From the NCBI RefSeq assembly GCF_017115085.1, contig NZ_JABXKJ010000248.1, forward strand, positions 4,157-68,156: DNA of 64,000 nucleotides, read 5' to 3'. The stretch comes from Nostoc sp. NMS7. GTDB taxonomy: Bacteria > Cyanobacteriota > Cyanobacteriia > Cyanobacteriales > Nostocaceae. The first letter of the stretch is position 1. Each line of letters starts with the position of its first letter. Shown in pieces: positions 29,546-38,800 of this stretch. Made by a program: the position numbers and the translations under genes. The notes below the pieces were generated by a model. That model was not told where the DNA came from, searched no databases, and saw only the letters and a program-made list of their open reading frames with translations.

Positions 29546-29577
29546 AAAACATTGTCAAACATTGTTAAACATTATTG
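29546..29577. promoter_or_regulatory. three tandem AAACATT(G/A)T decamers in the cas12k / RHH divergent promoter region (candidate operator)
   Basis: The sequence is aaaacattgtc aaacattgtt aaacattatt. On the minus strand the middle copy overlaps a TTGACA hexamer facing cas12k. Confidence 0.4.
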
Positions 29578-29602
29578 AGCCTTGTTCCAAGGTTACGGGA
29601 GT

Positions 29603-29803
29603 ATGATGAACTGGCAACAAATCTTTGTAGTGTTGATGAGTCAAAGCGATCGCGTACAAACTTCCATATATTTCCCCAAAGATATCCACGAGGCATTGGT
29701 GAGATGGGCTGAGGAAGAAGACCGTCCCATCAGTAATCTTGTTGTGCGGCTTGTGAGTAAGGCAGTTGAGGAGCGGGAAAAGAAGCAAAATCCGCCGCAA
29801 TAA
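29603..29803 (+). CDS. ribbon-helix-helix (CopG/Arc-type) DNA-binding protein, divergent from cas12k
   Basis: The core VQTSIYFPKDIHEALVRWAEEEDRPISNLVVRLVSKAVEE has the beta-strand/helix/helix pattern of RHH repressors. The start is ambiguous (29582 TTG, 29603 ATG or 29636 ATG). Confidence 0.6.
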   Translation: MMNWQQIFVVLMSQSDRVQTSIYFPKDIHEALVRWAEEEDRPISNLVVRLVSKAVEEREKKQNPPQ

Positions 29804-30000
29804 TATCTAGCTTTTGCAGATAGGACAATTTGTAAATTCCTGGTATACGATATATCCTCAGCCACTACATGAGCAAAGTCCTTGTGCGTGGTATGTTATT
29901 GGTTCTTTGCACGATGTAAAAACTTCAAGGCAAAGTGTCAGACGGGCTTAAGAACGTCTGGCAAAGTTGAGCGGGGGAGGTTTTTTGAAGGCTACACGAA

Positions 30001-31925
30001 ATGGCAATTAAAAAAAGTGAACTTTATAGTTCGTTATGGAAAAGCTGTGATGAACTGCGAGGTGGCATGGATGCCTCGCAGTATAAAGATTATGTACTAG
30101 TTTTATTGTTTGTTAAATATGTATCTGACAAATATGCAGGTGTAGCAGATGCACTGATTGAAGTGCCTGAAGGCGGAGGCTTCCAGGACATTGTTGCCCT
30201 CAAAGGACAGAAAGATATAGGGGATGGCATTAACAAAATTATCGCCAATTTAGCCGAAGCCAATGATTTAAAGGGTGTTATTGATGTAGCTGATTTCAAT
30301 GATGCCGATAAGCTGGGCAAGGGTAAGGAAATGCAAGATAGGCTTTCCAACTTGGTGGCGATTTTTGAAACCCCTGCTTTGAATTTTAGTAAGAACCGCG
30401 CCGATGGTGATGATATTTTGGGCGATGCCTATGAGTACCTGATGCGTAACTTTGCGACGCAATCAGGCAAAAGCAAGGGTCAATTTTATACTCCGGCGGA
30501 AGTCTCCCGTGTAATCTCTCAAGTTATTGGCGTTAATTCAGCCCAAAGTCAGAGTCAAACGATTTACGACCCGACTTGTGGTAGTGGTTCTCTGTTGTTA
30601 AAGTCGGCGGATGAAGCAGAACGGGGCTTAACCATCTACGGACAGGAGATGGACAACGCTACCCGCGCCTTGGCTCGGATGAACATGATCCTGCACGGAC
30701 ACCCTACTGCTGAAATTTGGCAAGACAATACTTTATCAACTCCTTACTTCAAAGATGCGGATGGTAGCCTGAAAACTTTTGATTTTGCTGTGGCTAATCC
30801 TCCCTTTTCCTCGAAGGCTTGGAGCAATGGACTTAATCTAGCCAAAGACGAATTTAAACGGTTTGATAACTATGGTATCCCTCCGGCTAAAAATGGGGAC
30901 TATGCTTTTTTGCTGCACATGGTTCGCTCCCTAAAAAGTCAAGGCAAAGGGGCGATTATTCTGCCGCATGGGGTGCTGTTTCGCGGGAATGCGGAGGCGG
31001 AAATTCGGAAAAATCTGATTAGCAAGGGAATTATCAAGGGGATTATTGGGCTACCGCCGAATCTGTTTTATGGGACGGGGATTCCAGCCTGCATTATTGT
31101 GTTAGACAAGGAAGATGCCGAGAATCGCCAAGGCATTTTTATGATTGATGCCAGCAAGGGGTTTGTTAAAGACGGCAATAAAAACCGCCTACGGGAGCAG
31201 GACATTCATAAAATTGTTGATGTCTTCAACAAACAGCTTGAAGTGGCGAAGTATTCGCGGATGGTGTCAGTTCAGGAAATTGCGGGGCATGAGTACAATC
31301 TGAATATCCCGCGCTATATCGACAGTCAGGAAGAGGAAGATATTCAGGATATTGAGGCGCATCTGTTGGGGGGGATACCCGCTATTTTAAAGCTGAACAG
31401 GCGGCGATCGCTACCTTGGAAACGAAAAAGGATGAAATTGTTCGCCAGCAGGAGGAACTGCAAGAAGAACATGGCGGTGAGGAGGGTTTGCTAGAGGAAG
31501 CCACTAATGACAGTGGGAAAATTACCAAAGCGAATGTCAATGATCGCATTAAGGCAATCAAGAATGATGCCACGTTTGCGGATGAGTTAAAGGTATTAAA
31601 GGCTTATTTAAAGCTGATTGAGCAAGAGGCGGAAATTAGTAAAGAAATTAAAGTATTGACTCAATTTTTGGATAATTATATTTTAACAAGATACGGGGAT
31701 TTAACCGAGGACGAGATAAAAACGCTGGTAGTAGATGATAAGTGGATGCCGACGTTAAGACAGGCGATCGCTTCAGAGATGGATCGGATTTCGCAACGGT
31801 TGACAAAGCGAATCCAGGAGTTGGCGGAACGATATGATACGCCTTTACCGGAGTTGACGAGTCGTGTGGAGGAGTTGACGGCTAAGGTTGAAGCGCATTT
31901 GCAGAGGATGGGGTTGGTGTGGTAA
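30001..31925 (+). pseudogene. hsdM: type I R-M methyltransferase subunit HsdM, reading frame broken at a G7 tract
   Basis: HsdM_N region (LWKSCDELRGGMDASQYKDYVLVLLFVKYVSDK) and N6-MTase motifs (DPTCGSGSLL, VANPPFS). After GGIP (31369-31380) the frame decays into an R/K-rich tail. The coiled-coil C-terminus continues in another frame (ORF 31416-31925). Confidence 0.8.
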
Positions 31926-32392
31926 CGGATAAACAGGAAGGAAACTATAAAATTTATCTTGATGTTTGTTGTCTAAATCGTCCTTTTGACGACTGCACAC
32001 AAGAGCGAGTTCGTTTAGAAGGGGAAGCTATTCTTAGCATTATGGAGCGCATTCGTATTAGAGAATGGCGACTTGTTACCAGCGAAGCTATCAGGGTGGA
32101 GTTAGAGAAAATGCGTAATCTCGACAAATTAGAGAATATATTAAAATTCTTGGAATTTGCTGTGATTACTATCAATATAGATGAAGGTGTAGATTTTCGC
32201 TCACAGCAATTGGAGAATTTAGGTTTTGGTCTTTATGATTCTTTTCATATTGCTTGTGCAGAAGTTGCTCAGGCAGATGTCTTACTTTCTACTGATGATC
32301 GGTTACTGAAGAACTCACTACGGCATCAAGGTTTGTTAAAAGTGTCTGTGGATAATCCTGTAACTTGGTTGATGAATACTTATTTAAATTAG
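31919..32392 (+). CDS. PIN-domain protein (toxin-like), paralog 1
   Basis: Contains YKIYLDVCCLNRPFDD ... DSFHIACAE ... LLSTDDRLL. It is 40-50% identical by eye to ORF 34169-34654. Its start overlaps the hsdM stop (GTGGTAA). Confidence 0.7.
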   Translation: MVTDKQEGNYKIYLDVCCLNRPFDDCTQERVRLEGEAILSIMERIRIREWRLVTSEAIRVELEKMRNLDKLENILKFLEFAVITINIDEGVDFRSQQLENLGFGLYDSFHIACAEVAQADVLLSTDDRLLKNSLRHQGLLKVSVDNPVTWLMNTYLN

Positions 32393-32404
32393 GAGGATAA
32401 ATAA

Positions 32405-32605
32405 ATGATGACACCAATTGAGTTGAGAAAAAAAGGTTATCAAATTTTAGTAGAACATTTGGGTCAAGTAGATGCTATTCGCTTTTTACAACAAGCTGGA
32501 TGGGGAAGCGGTGACTATACACAAGAAAGAAAGGAAACGTTAGATAAAGTCACAAGAGAAGAGTTTTGGGAAGACCTGAAGCGGATTAGAAAAACATCGT
32601 GTTGA
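32405..32605 (+). CDS. small partner protein of PIN paralog 1 (antitoxin-like)
   Basis: MTPIELRKKGYQILVEHLG..DAIRFLQQ..GSGDYTQER is a paralog of ORF 34641-34856. Its last codons are supplied by the 21-bp repeat array. Confidence 0.5.
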   Translation: MMTPIELRKKGYQILVEHLGQVDAIRFLQQAGWGSGDYTQERKETLDKVTREEFWEDLKRIRKTSC

Positions 32606-32705
32606 AGTACCCAAACATCGTGTTGAAGTACCCAAACATCGTGTTGCAGTACCCAAATATCGTGTTGAAGTACCCAAATATCGTGTTGAAGTACCCAAAT
32701 ATCAT
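32588..32705. repeat. tandem array of ~5.5 units of a 21-bp repeat related to the 6474-6690 array
   Basis: The unit is tacccaaa(c/t)atcgtgttgaag, head to tail. It shares the core ccaaa-n-atcgtgttgaag with the array at 6474. Confidence 0.85.
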
Positions 32706-32740
32706 ATAGAAAGGTTAATTAAGCTCTTTAAACGATTTAC

Positions 32741-32840
32741 GCAGAGGATTAAGGAGTTGGTGGAACGGTATGATATGCCTTTATAAGAGTTAACGGCTAA
32801 GGTGGAGGGGCATTTGCAGAGAATGGGGTTGGTGTGGTGA
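32741..32840 (+). other. degenerate duplicate of the hsdM 3' end (scar) abutting hsdS
   Basis: About 85% identical to 31795-31925 with a ~22-nt deletion. It ends with the same ...GGGGTTGGTGTGGTGA junction, which overlaps the hsdS GTG start. Confidence 0.7.
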
Positions 32841-34159
32841 AAAAAAGTCTGAATCACGGATTAGAGGGATTACGGGATGACACGGCAGGGATAGAGGGGT
32901 ATAAAAAAACTGAGGTGGGGGTGATTCCTGATGATTGGGAAGTAAAAAGGTTAGGTGATATTGCTGATATAAAAACAGGCCCATTCGGCTCCTCTCTACA
33001 TGAAAAAGATTATGTTGAGGATGGCACACCTATTATCACAGTCGAACATTTAGGTGAAAAAGGGGTAGTGCATAAAAATTTGCCAATGGTTTCCCATGCA
33101 GATAAAAATAGATTAAGTGCTTACATTCTTAAAACAGGTGATATTGTTTTTAGCCGTGTTGGATCTGTAGATAGAAATTCATTAATTAGCGATGTGGAAA
33201 ATGGCTGGCTATTTTCTAGCCGCTTACTAAGAATTAGAATTAATCCTCAAAATATTAGCCCTGCATACCTGAGCTATCATTTTCATCAAGAACCAACAAA
33301 ACAGAGGATTAGAAGTGTTGCAGTTGGTCAAACAATGGCATCACTTAATACTGAAATACTAAAAAATATTGAAGTTATTCTTCCGCCAACTCGTCTTGAA
33401 CAAAAAGCGATCGCTCAATCCCTCAGCGATGTCGATGCCTTGATTACAGAGTGCGATCGCATCATCTCCAAAAAGCGCAACACCAAGCAAGGCACGATGC
33501 AGCAACTCCTTACGGGCAAAAAACGCCTCCCCGGTTTTAGCGGTAAGTGGGAGGTGAAGAAATTAGAAGAAGTAACAGCAATTACAAGACTCGCAGGTGC
33601 AGAATATTCTTCTGTATGGAAGGAAGATGATAATGGTGAAATAATTGCATTGAGAGGATTTAATATTGTAAAAAATCGAATCATTGAGAAAGACTTAGCC
33701 AGAATTTCAAATGAACTTTCTTTGAAGCTAAATAGATCAAGACTTTATAGAGGCGATGTTGTTTATCCTTGTGTAGGAACAATTGGAAATGCAGCTGTTA
33801 TAGAGGAAGATGATAAGTACCACATTCAGCAAAATATTGCCAAAATAACTCCTATCAAAAGTGTCCTTTCATCATATTATTTAGCTCATTATTTGATAAG
33901 TCCTCTTGGATTGGATGAAGTCTTAAGGTTTAACGCAACTTCCAGTCAGCCAAATGTTTTAGTAGGAAGTTTAAGAAAGTATAGGATTCCCCTCACTTCT
34001 ATACCCGAACAAAAAGCGATCGCCCAAATCCTCAGCGACATGGATACAGAAATCGCAGGCTTAGAACAAAAGCGCGATAAATACAAAGCTATCAAACAGG
34101 GCATGATGCAAGAATTATTAACCGGAAAAACTCGCCTAAAATATGATTTAAATAAATAA
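32834..34159 (+). CDS. hsdS: type I R-M specificity subunit HsdS (two TRDs)
   Basis: Two target-recognition halves, each followed by a conserved helix (LEQKAIAQSLSDVDALI; PEQKAIAQILSDMDTEIAGLEQKRDKYKAIKQGMMQELLTGKTRL). Confidence 0.9.
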   Translation: MVKKSLNHGLEGLRDDTAGIEGYKKTEVGVIPDDWEVKRLGDIADIKTGPFGSSLHEKDYVEDGTPIITVEHLGEKGVVHKNLPMVSHADKNRLSAYILKTGDIVFSRVGSVDRNSLISDVENGWLFSSRLLRIRINPQNISPAYLSYHFHQEPTKQRIRSVAVGQTMASLNTEILKNIEVILPPTRLEQKAIAQSLSDVDALITECDRIISKKRNTKQGTMQQLLTGKKRLPGFSGKWEVKKLEEVTAITRLAGAEYSSVWKEDDNGEIIALRGFNIVKNRIIEKDLARISNELSLKLNRSRLYRGDVVYPCVGTIGNAAVIEEDDKYHIQQNIAKITPIKSVLSSYYLAHYLISPLGLDEVLRFNATSSQPNVLVGSLRKYRIPLTSIPEQKAIAQILSDMDTEIAGLEQKRDKYKAIKQGMMQELLTGKTRLKYDLNK

Positions 34160-34168
34160 TTAAATAAT

Positions 34169-34654
34169 ATGGGTAGAAAATATAAAATATATCTTGATGT
34201 TTGTTGTTTAAATCGTTCATTTGACGACCAAACACAGCCGCGAATTCGTTTAGAAACAGAAGCGATTTTAGAAATTATCAGCCGTTGTCGAGATGGAGAA
34301 TGGGAATTGGTCAGTAGTACAGCCCTAGAATCGGAAATTGCACAAACCCCAGATGTAGCCAGAAGAGAACAGGTACTTGAAGCATTAGCGATCGCTCAAC
34401 ATCAGATTTTAGTCACCGAAGAAATATCTAGACGAGCTATAGAATTAACAAACTTTAATATTAAAAATTTTGATGCGCTTCATATCGCTTGTGCTGAAGG
34501 GAACGCCGACATTTTCTTGACAACTGATAACCGTCTATTGTCAAGAGCATTAAACTATAAGAATAACTTAAACATAATAGTTGCTAACCCAATGATCTGG
34601 TTAGCAGAAGTTACCACTAATCTCGTAGAAGGAGGAGAAAATGACCCCGATTGA
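34169..34654 (+). CDS. PIN-domain protein (toxin-like), paralog 2
   Basis: Contains YKIYLDVCCLNRSFDD ... DALHIACAE ... FLTTDNRLL. Confidence 0.7.
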   Translation: MGRKYKIYLDVCCLNRSFDDQTQPRIRLETEAILEIISRCRDGEWELVSSTALESEIAQTPDVARREQVLEALAIAQHQILVTEEISRRAIELTNFNIKNFDALHIACAEGNADIFLTTDNRLLSRALNYKNNLNIIVANPMIWLAEVTTNLVEGGENDPD

Positions 34655-34856
34655 ATTATATAGAAAAGGATTTCAAGCCTTAGTAGATGCTTTGGGATAT
34701 CCTGATGCTATCCGGTTTATTCGCCAATTTGACAACGGAAGTGGAGACTACACCCAAGAACGTCATCAATGGCTCGATCAGCTAACGATGGATGAAATCC
34801 TCACAGACATTAAGCAACGCCAAAAAATATCTGACTCCAAGAATCAGGAACAATAA
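34641..34856 (+). CDS. small partner protein of PIN paralog 2 (antitoxin-like)
   Basis: Contains MTPIELYRKGFQALVDALGYPDAIRFIRQFDNGSGDYTQER. It overlaps the PIN gene by 14 nt. Confidence 0.5.
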   Translation: MTPIELYRKGFQALVDALGYPDAIRFIRQFDNGSGDYTQERHQWLDQLTMDEILTDIKQRQKISDSKNQEQ

Positions 34857-34945
34857 TGAGCCAAGTTGGACAACGGGAACGCCTAAGCCAAAACCGCAAA
34901 CAGGGAATCATGCAAGAATTATTAACCGGAAAGACAAGACTAATT
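34856..34945 (+). other. chimeric scar: hsdR 5' remnant fused to hsdS 3' remnant
   Basis: 34856-34898 is about 80% identical to the hsdR start (35802-35844). 34899-34945 is about 85% identical to the hsdS 3' end (34093-34140). The translation reads MSQVGQRERLSQNR|KQGIMQELLTGKTRL. Confidence 0.6.
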
Positions 34946-35075
34946 AGCAGTTCTTAATCAACGCCAAGGTTTTCAACCGCCAGTCTCTAAAATAGAAGTT
35001 AGAAAGCTCCCCCATTAGCAGCAAACGCCGCACACACTAACGACCAATTCCAAATGACAAGGGCTAAAGCATATT

Positions 35076-35312
35076 ATGGAACACATTGCTACCAGCGAAT
35101 TACCCGAAACGCTTCAACAAATATTTGCAGAAATACAACGCACCAAAACACCCTTAACCGTCACCCATGAAGGAGAACCCTTAGTCATTATCTATCCTGC
35201 CACTCCTCAACCCCACCGCCCAGCATTTGCAGTAATGAAGGGTAGCGGCGAAATATTGGGAGAGGTGATTGCTCCAGTAATTCCTGCTAACACATGGGAA
35301 GCCCTCCAGTGA
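35076..35312 (+). CDS. Phd/YefM-type antitoxin
   Basis: 78 aa with TPLTVTHEGEPLVIIYPA, typical of the Phd/YefM fold. It overlaps the downstream PIN gene. Confidence 0.65.
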   Translation: MEHIATSELPETLQQIFAEIQRTKTPLTVTHEGEPLVIIYPATPQPHRPAFAVMKGSGEILGEVIAPVIPANTWEALQ

Positions 35313-35698
35313 AGCTCTTAATTGATACCCACATCTGGCTTTGGTATTTGCTTGGTAACGAACGCCTATCTCCTCAGCTTCAAACCATTATTGCAGCAGG
35401 AACAACCGAACTTTGGCTCAGTCCAATTAGTATCTGGGAAACGCTACTCTTAGCAGAAAAAGGACGACTATCTTTACAGCCGAATCCAGTTGCATGGGTC
35501 GATTTAGCCTTAAATACCCTAGAAATTCGTGAGGCTCCACTTAATCGCCACATCGCTATTTTAAGCCGTCAGATTAATTTACCACACCAAGACCCAGGCG
35601 ATCGCTTTATTGCAGCTACCGCAGTTTACCACCAGTTGATATTAGCTACAGTCGATACCAATCTCACGGGTGCTTCCTGGTTACAAACATTAAGCTAG
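35294..35698 (+). CDS. vapC: VapC-family PIN toxin
   Basis: Contains LLIDTHIWLW ... SPISIWE ... DPGDRFIAATA ... LATVDTNL, giving the acidic PIN quartet pattern. Confidence 0.8.
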   Translation: MGSPPVKLLIDTHIWLWYLLGNERLSPQLQTIIAAGTTELWLSPISIWETLLLAEKGRLSLQPNPVAWVDLALNTLEIREAPLNRHIAILSRQINLPHQDPGDRFIAATAVYHQLILATVDTNLTGASWLQTLS

Positions 35699-35801
35699 AC
35701 AGAAAATTCACGGATAACACAAATAAAGATGACATAGTTTGATAAACAGTGTCATATTTAAAGCTGAGTAAATCCGTGATTATCACAGTGAGAGAGTTGC
35801 T

Positions 35802-38800
35802 ATGAGCAAGGTCGGACAACGCGAACTCCCAACCCAAAACCGCATTGTGCAATTATTCCAGCAACAATTAAACTATCGGTATCTGGGTAATTGGCACTAC
35901 CGACCTAACAACAGCAACATTGAAACGGAAATCCTCAGCACCTTCCTTGGCGACAAACAAGGCTACAGCAACAGCCTCATCACCAAAGCCTTGTATGAAC
36001 TCAACAAAGTCGCAGGCGACAAAAGCCTTTATGACATCAACAAAGAAGTTTATAGCCTGCTGCGTTATGGGGTGAAAGTCAAAGAAGAAGTTGGCGAGAA
36101 TACCCAAACCGTTTGGCTGATCAACTGGGAAGAACCCCTAGAAAATGACTTTGCGATTGCTGAAGAAGTCACAGTTAAAGGCAAAAACCCTAAACGCCCA
36201 GATATCGTACTTTATGTTAATGGTATTGCGATCGGTGTACTCGAACTCAAACGCAGCATCATTTCCGTCTCTGAAGGCATCCGCCAAAACCTCGATAACC
36301 AAAAATCCATATTTATTAAATCCTTCTTCACCACCATGCAGTTAGTCATGGCAGGTAACGACACTGAAGGACTCCGCTACGCCACAATTGAAACCCCAGA
36401 AAAATACTTCCTCACTTGGAAAGAAGATACTAACAGCGACATCACCGATCCTTTAGATAAACACCTGCTGCAACTCTGCGCCAAAGAACGCTTTCTAGAG
36501 TTAATTCACAACTTTATCGTCTTTGACCGGGGTATAAAAAAAGTCTGCCGCCATAACCAGTATTTTGGGGTTAATGCTGCCCAATCTTACCTCCGTCGCC
36601 GAGAGGGGGGTATTATCTGGCATACTCAAGGCAGTGGTAAAAGCTTGACAATGGTTTGGCTAACTAAATGGATTCGGGAAAACATTACTGATGCTCGTGT
36701 TCTGATAATTACTGATCGAGATGAACTAGACAAGCAAATTGAGAATGTCTTTAAGGGAGTCAACGAAGCGATTTACCGCACTACAAGCGGGAAAGACCTA
36801 ATTAACAAACTCAACAGCACCACCACCTGGTTACTCTGCTCCCTAATCCACAAATTTGGCAAGAAAGACAAGGCAGACGACGCAGACTACAACAGCTACA
36901 TCGAAGAACTCAAGCGCAGCCTGCCCAGCGACTTTAGCGCCAAAGGCGATATCTATGTATTTGTGGATGAATGTCATCGCACCCAATCAGGCACACTGCA
37001 CGACGCGATGAAAGAAATCCTACCCAATGCTGTATTCATAGGCTTTACAGGCACACCCCTACTCAAAAAAGACAAGCAAAACAGCATCAACGTTTTTGGT
37101 GATTACATTCACACCTACACATTCAAAAAAGCCGTAGCCGACCAGGTTATCCTTGATTTGCGCTACGAAGCTCGTAATGTTGACCAAAACATTACCTCAC
37201 AAACCAAAATTGACCAGTGGTTTGAAGCCAAAACTAGAGGTTTAACAGAACACGCCAAAACCCTACTCAAGAAACGCTGGGGAAATCTGCAAAAAGTTCT
37301 CAGTTCAAAATCCCGGTTGGAAAGAATTGTCAGCGATATTCTGCTAGATTTTGAAACTAAAGACCGCTTGCAAAGTGGTCATGGTAACGCTATGCTCATC
37401 TCTGGTAGCATTTACCAAGCTTGTAAATATTACGAGTTATTCCAAAGCGCTGGTTTTATCAAATGTGCCATTGTCACATCCTACAAACCTTCCCCGAATG
37501 ATATCAAAGGCGAAAGTACGGGAGAAGAGGAACTGACGGAAAAATTACGGCAGTACGAAATTTATCAAAAAATGCTCAACGGCAAAGCGGCAGAAGTATT
37601 TGAAGACGAAGTTAAAAATAAATTTGTCGAAGAACCAGCCCAAATGAAACTGCTGATTGTAGTCGATAAGTTGCTGACGGGATTCGATGCACCTTCTGCC
37701 ACTTATCTCTACATCGACAAAACCATGCGCGACCACGGACTATTTCAAGCCATTTGTCGCGTCAACCGCTTGGATGGTGAAGATAAAGAATATGGCTACA
37801 TCATCGACTACAAAGACTTATTTAAAAGCCTGGAAAAATCAATTAACGATTACACCAGCGAAGCATTTGAAGACTACGAACCAGACGACATCGATGGATT
37901 ATTGAGTGACAGAATCGCCAAAGGCAGAGAACGCCTAGAAAATTCCAGAGAAAGCATTAAAGCCTTGTGCGAATCTGTAGAGCAACCCCAAGACACCCAT
38001 GCCTATATTCGCTATTTCTGCGGTGCCGATACTGAAAACCCAGACTTTATAAAAGAAAATCAACAACAGCGCATTGCCCTTTATAAATACACATCAGCTT
38101 TAGTCCGAGCCTATGCTAACCTATCCAATGATATGGCAGAAGCCGGATACACCACAACAGAAACTGAAATTATTAAACAAGAAGTTAAGCATTACGAACA
38201 GGTACGCGCAGAAGTAAAGCTAGCCAGTGGTGATTATATTGACTTGAAAGCCTACGAACCCGCCATGCGTCACTTGATTGATACCTACATTGGGGCAGAA
38301 GAAAGCGAAATAATTTCAGCCTTCGACGACATGACACTAATTCAGTTGATTGTCGAACGCGGTGCAAATGCAGTTGAGGCATTACCCAAAGGCATCAAGC
38401 AAAACCAAGAAGCCGTCGCGGAAACCATCGAAAACAACTTACGCAAAGTTATTATAGATCAACAGCCGACCAACCCGAAATATTTCGACAAAATGTCCAC
38501 ACTGTTGAATGAGTTAATCCAAGCACGAAAAGCAGCCAGCCAAAACTATAAAGCCTACTTACAGAAAATTGTTGAGTTAAGTAAACAAGTTGCTCAACCG
38601 AGTAGCTCATCACAGTATCCTCAATCATTGAACTCTCCTGCTAAAAGAGCTTTATACGATAACCTTAATCAAGACGAAGCGTTAGCTCTAGCGATAAATG
38701 ACGCGATTCGCAAAATCAAAAAAGATGGGTGGCGTGGAAACATAATGAAAGAGCGCGAAGTAAAAAATGCCATTAAGAAATATTTAGATTCCCCGGAAGA

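Noticed and set aside
29555-29865. Minus-strand ORFs 29555-29800 and 29641-29865
   Set aside because: They are antisense to the RHH gene, whose translation shows a clear fold signature. These do not.
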